From Octopus vulgaris (lineage: Eukaryota), in the NCBI GenBank assembly GCA_951406725.2, contig OX597816.1:60016001-60080000 (forward strand): 64,000 nt of DNA. Direction: 5' to 3'. Under the pieces are notes generated by a model. The model saw nothing but the letters and a program-made list of their open reading frames with translations, did no database searches and was not told where the DNA came from. Position 1 is the first letter of the stretch. Each line of letters starts with the position of its first letter. This document shows, in pieces, positions 63,846-64,000 of the stretch. A program made the position numbers and the translations under genes.

Positions 63846-64000
63846 GAGTATCTTTTGATGTAAGAGCACACACACATTTTTATATAAAACAAGCTTCTGC
63901 TCAGTTTCCATCTAACAAGTTCCAACCCCCAAAATATCAGCCAACCTAAAGCTGTTCTTAACTCCTGATGTATTTTATCTGTCACCTGATTTTACACAAT

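Overview
AT-rich, repeat-dense eukaryotic DNA. The SINE and RTE-tail families look like those of Octopus (coleoid cephalopod); this is inferred from recalled repeat sequences, not from a search. One protein-coding gene was reconstructed by hand on the minus strand: NHEJ1/XLF (Cernunnos), with 7 coding exons from 50108 down to 9153, 972 nt, 323 aa and one GC-AG intron. Its 26-kb intron 5 holds a same-strand exon (26618-25861) with no start ATG that encodes six C2H2/C2HC zinc fingers. Its phase-1 acceptor is in frame with XLF exon 5. This predicts an alternative 490-aa isoform in which the XLF head/coiled-coil is fused to a zinc-finger array in place of the normal disordered, basic tail; it is the main finding. 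The rest is tRNA-derived SINEs, RTE/CR1/L1-Tx1-like LINE remnants, mariner/pogo/piggyBac-type MITEs, Helitron-like ends, Penelope-like fold-backs (one with a hammerhead-like core), local inverted and direct duplications, two degenerate minisatellites and a 100-N gap. Most short ORFs in the supplied track are translated repeats.
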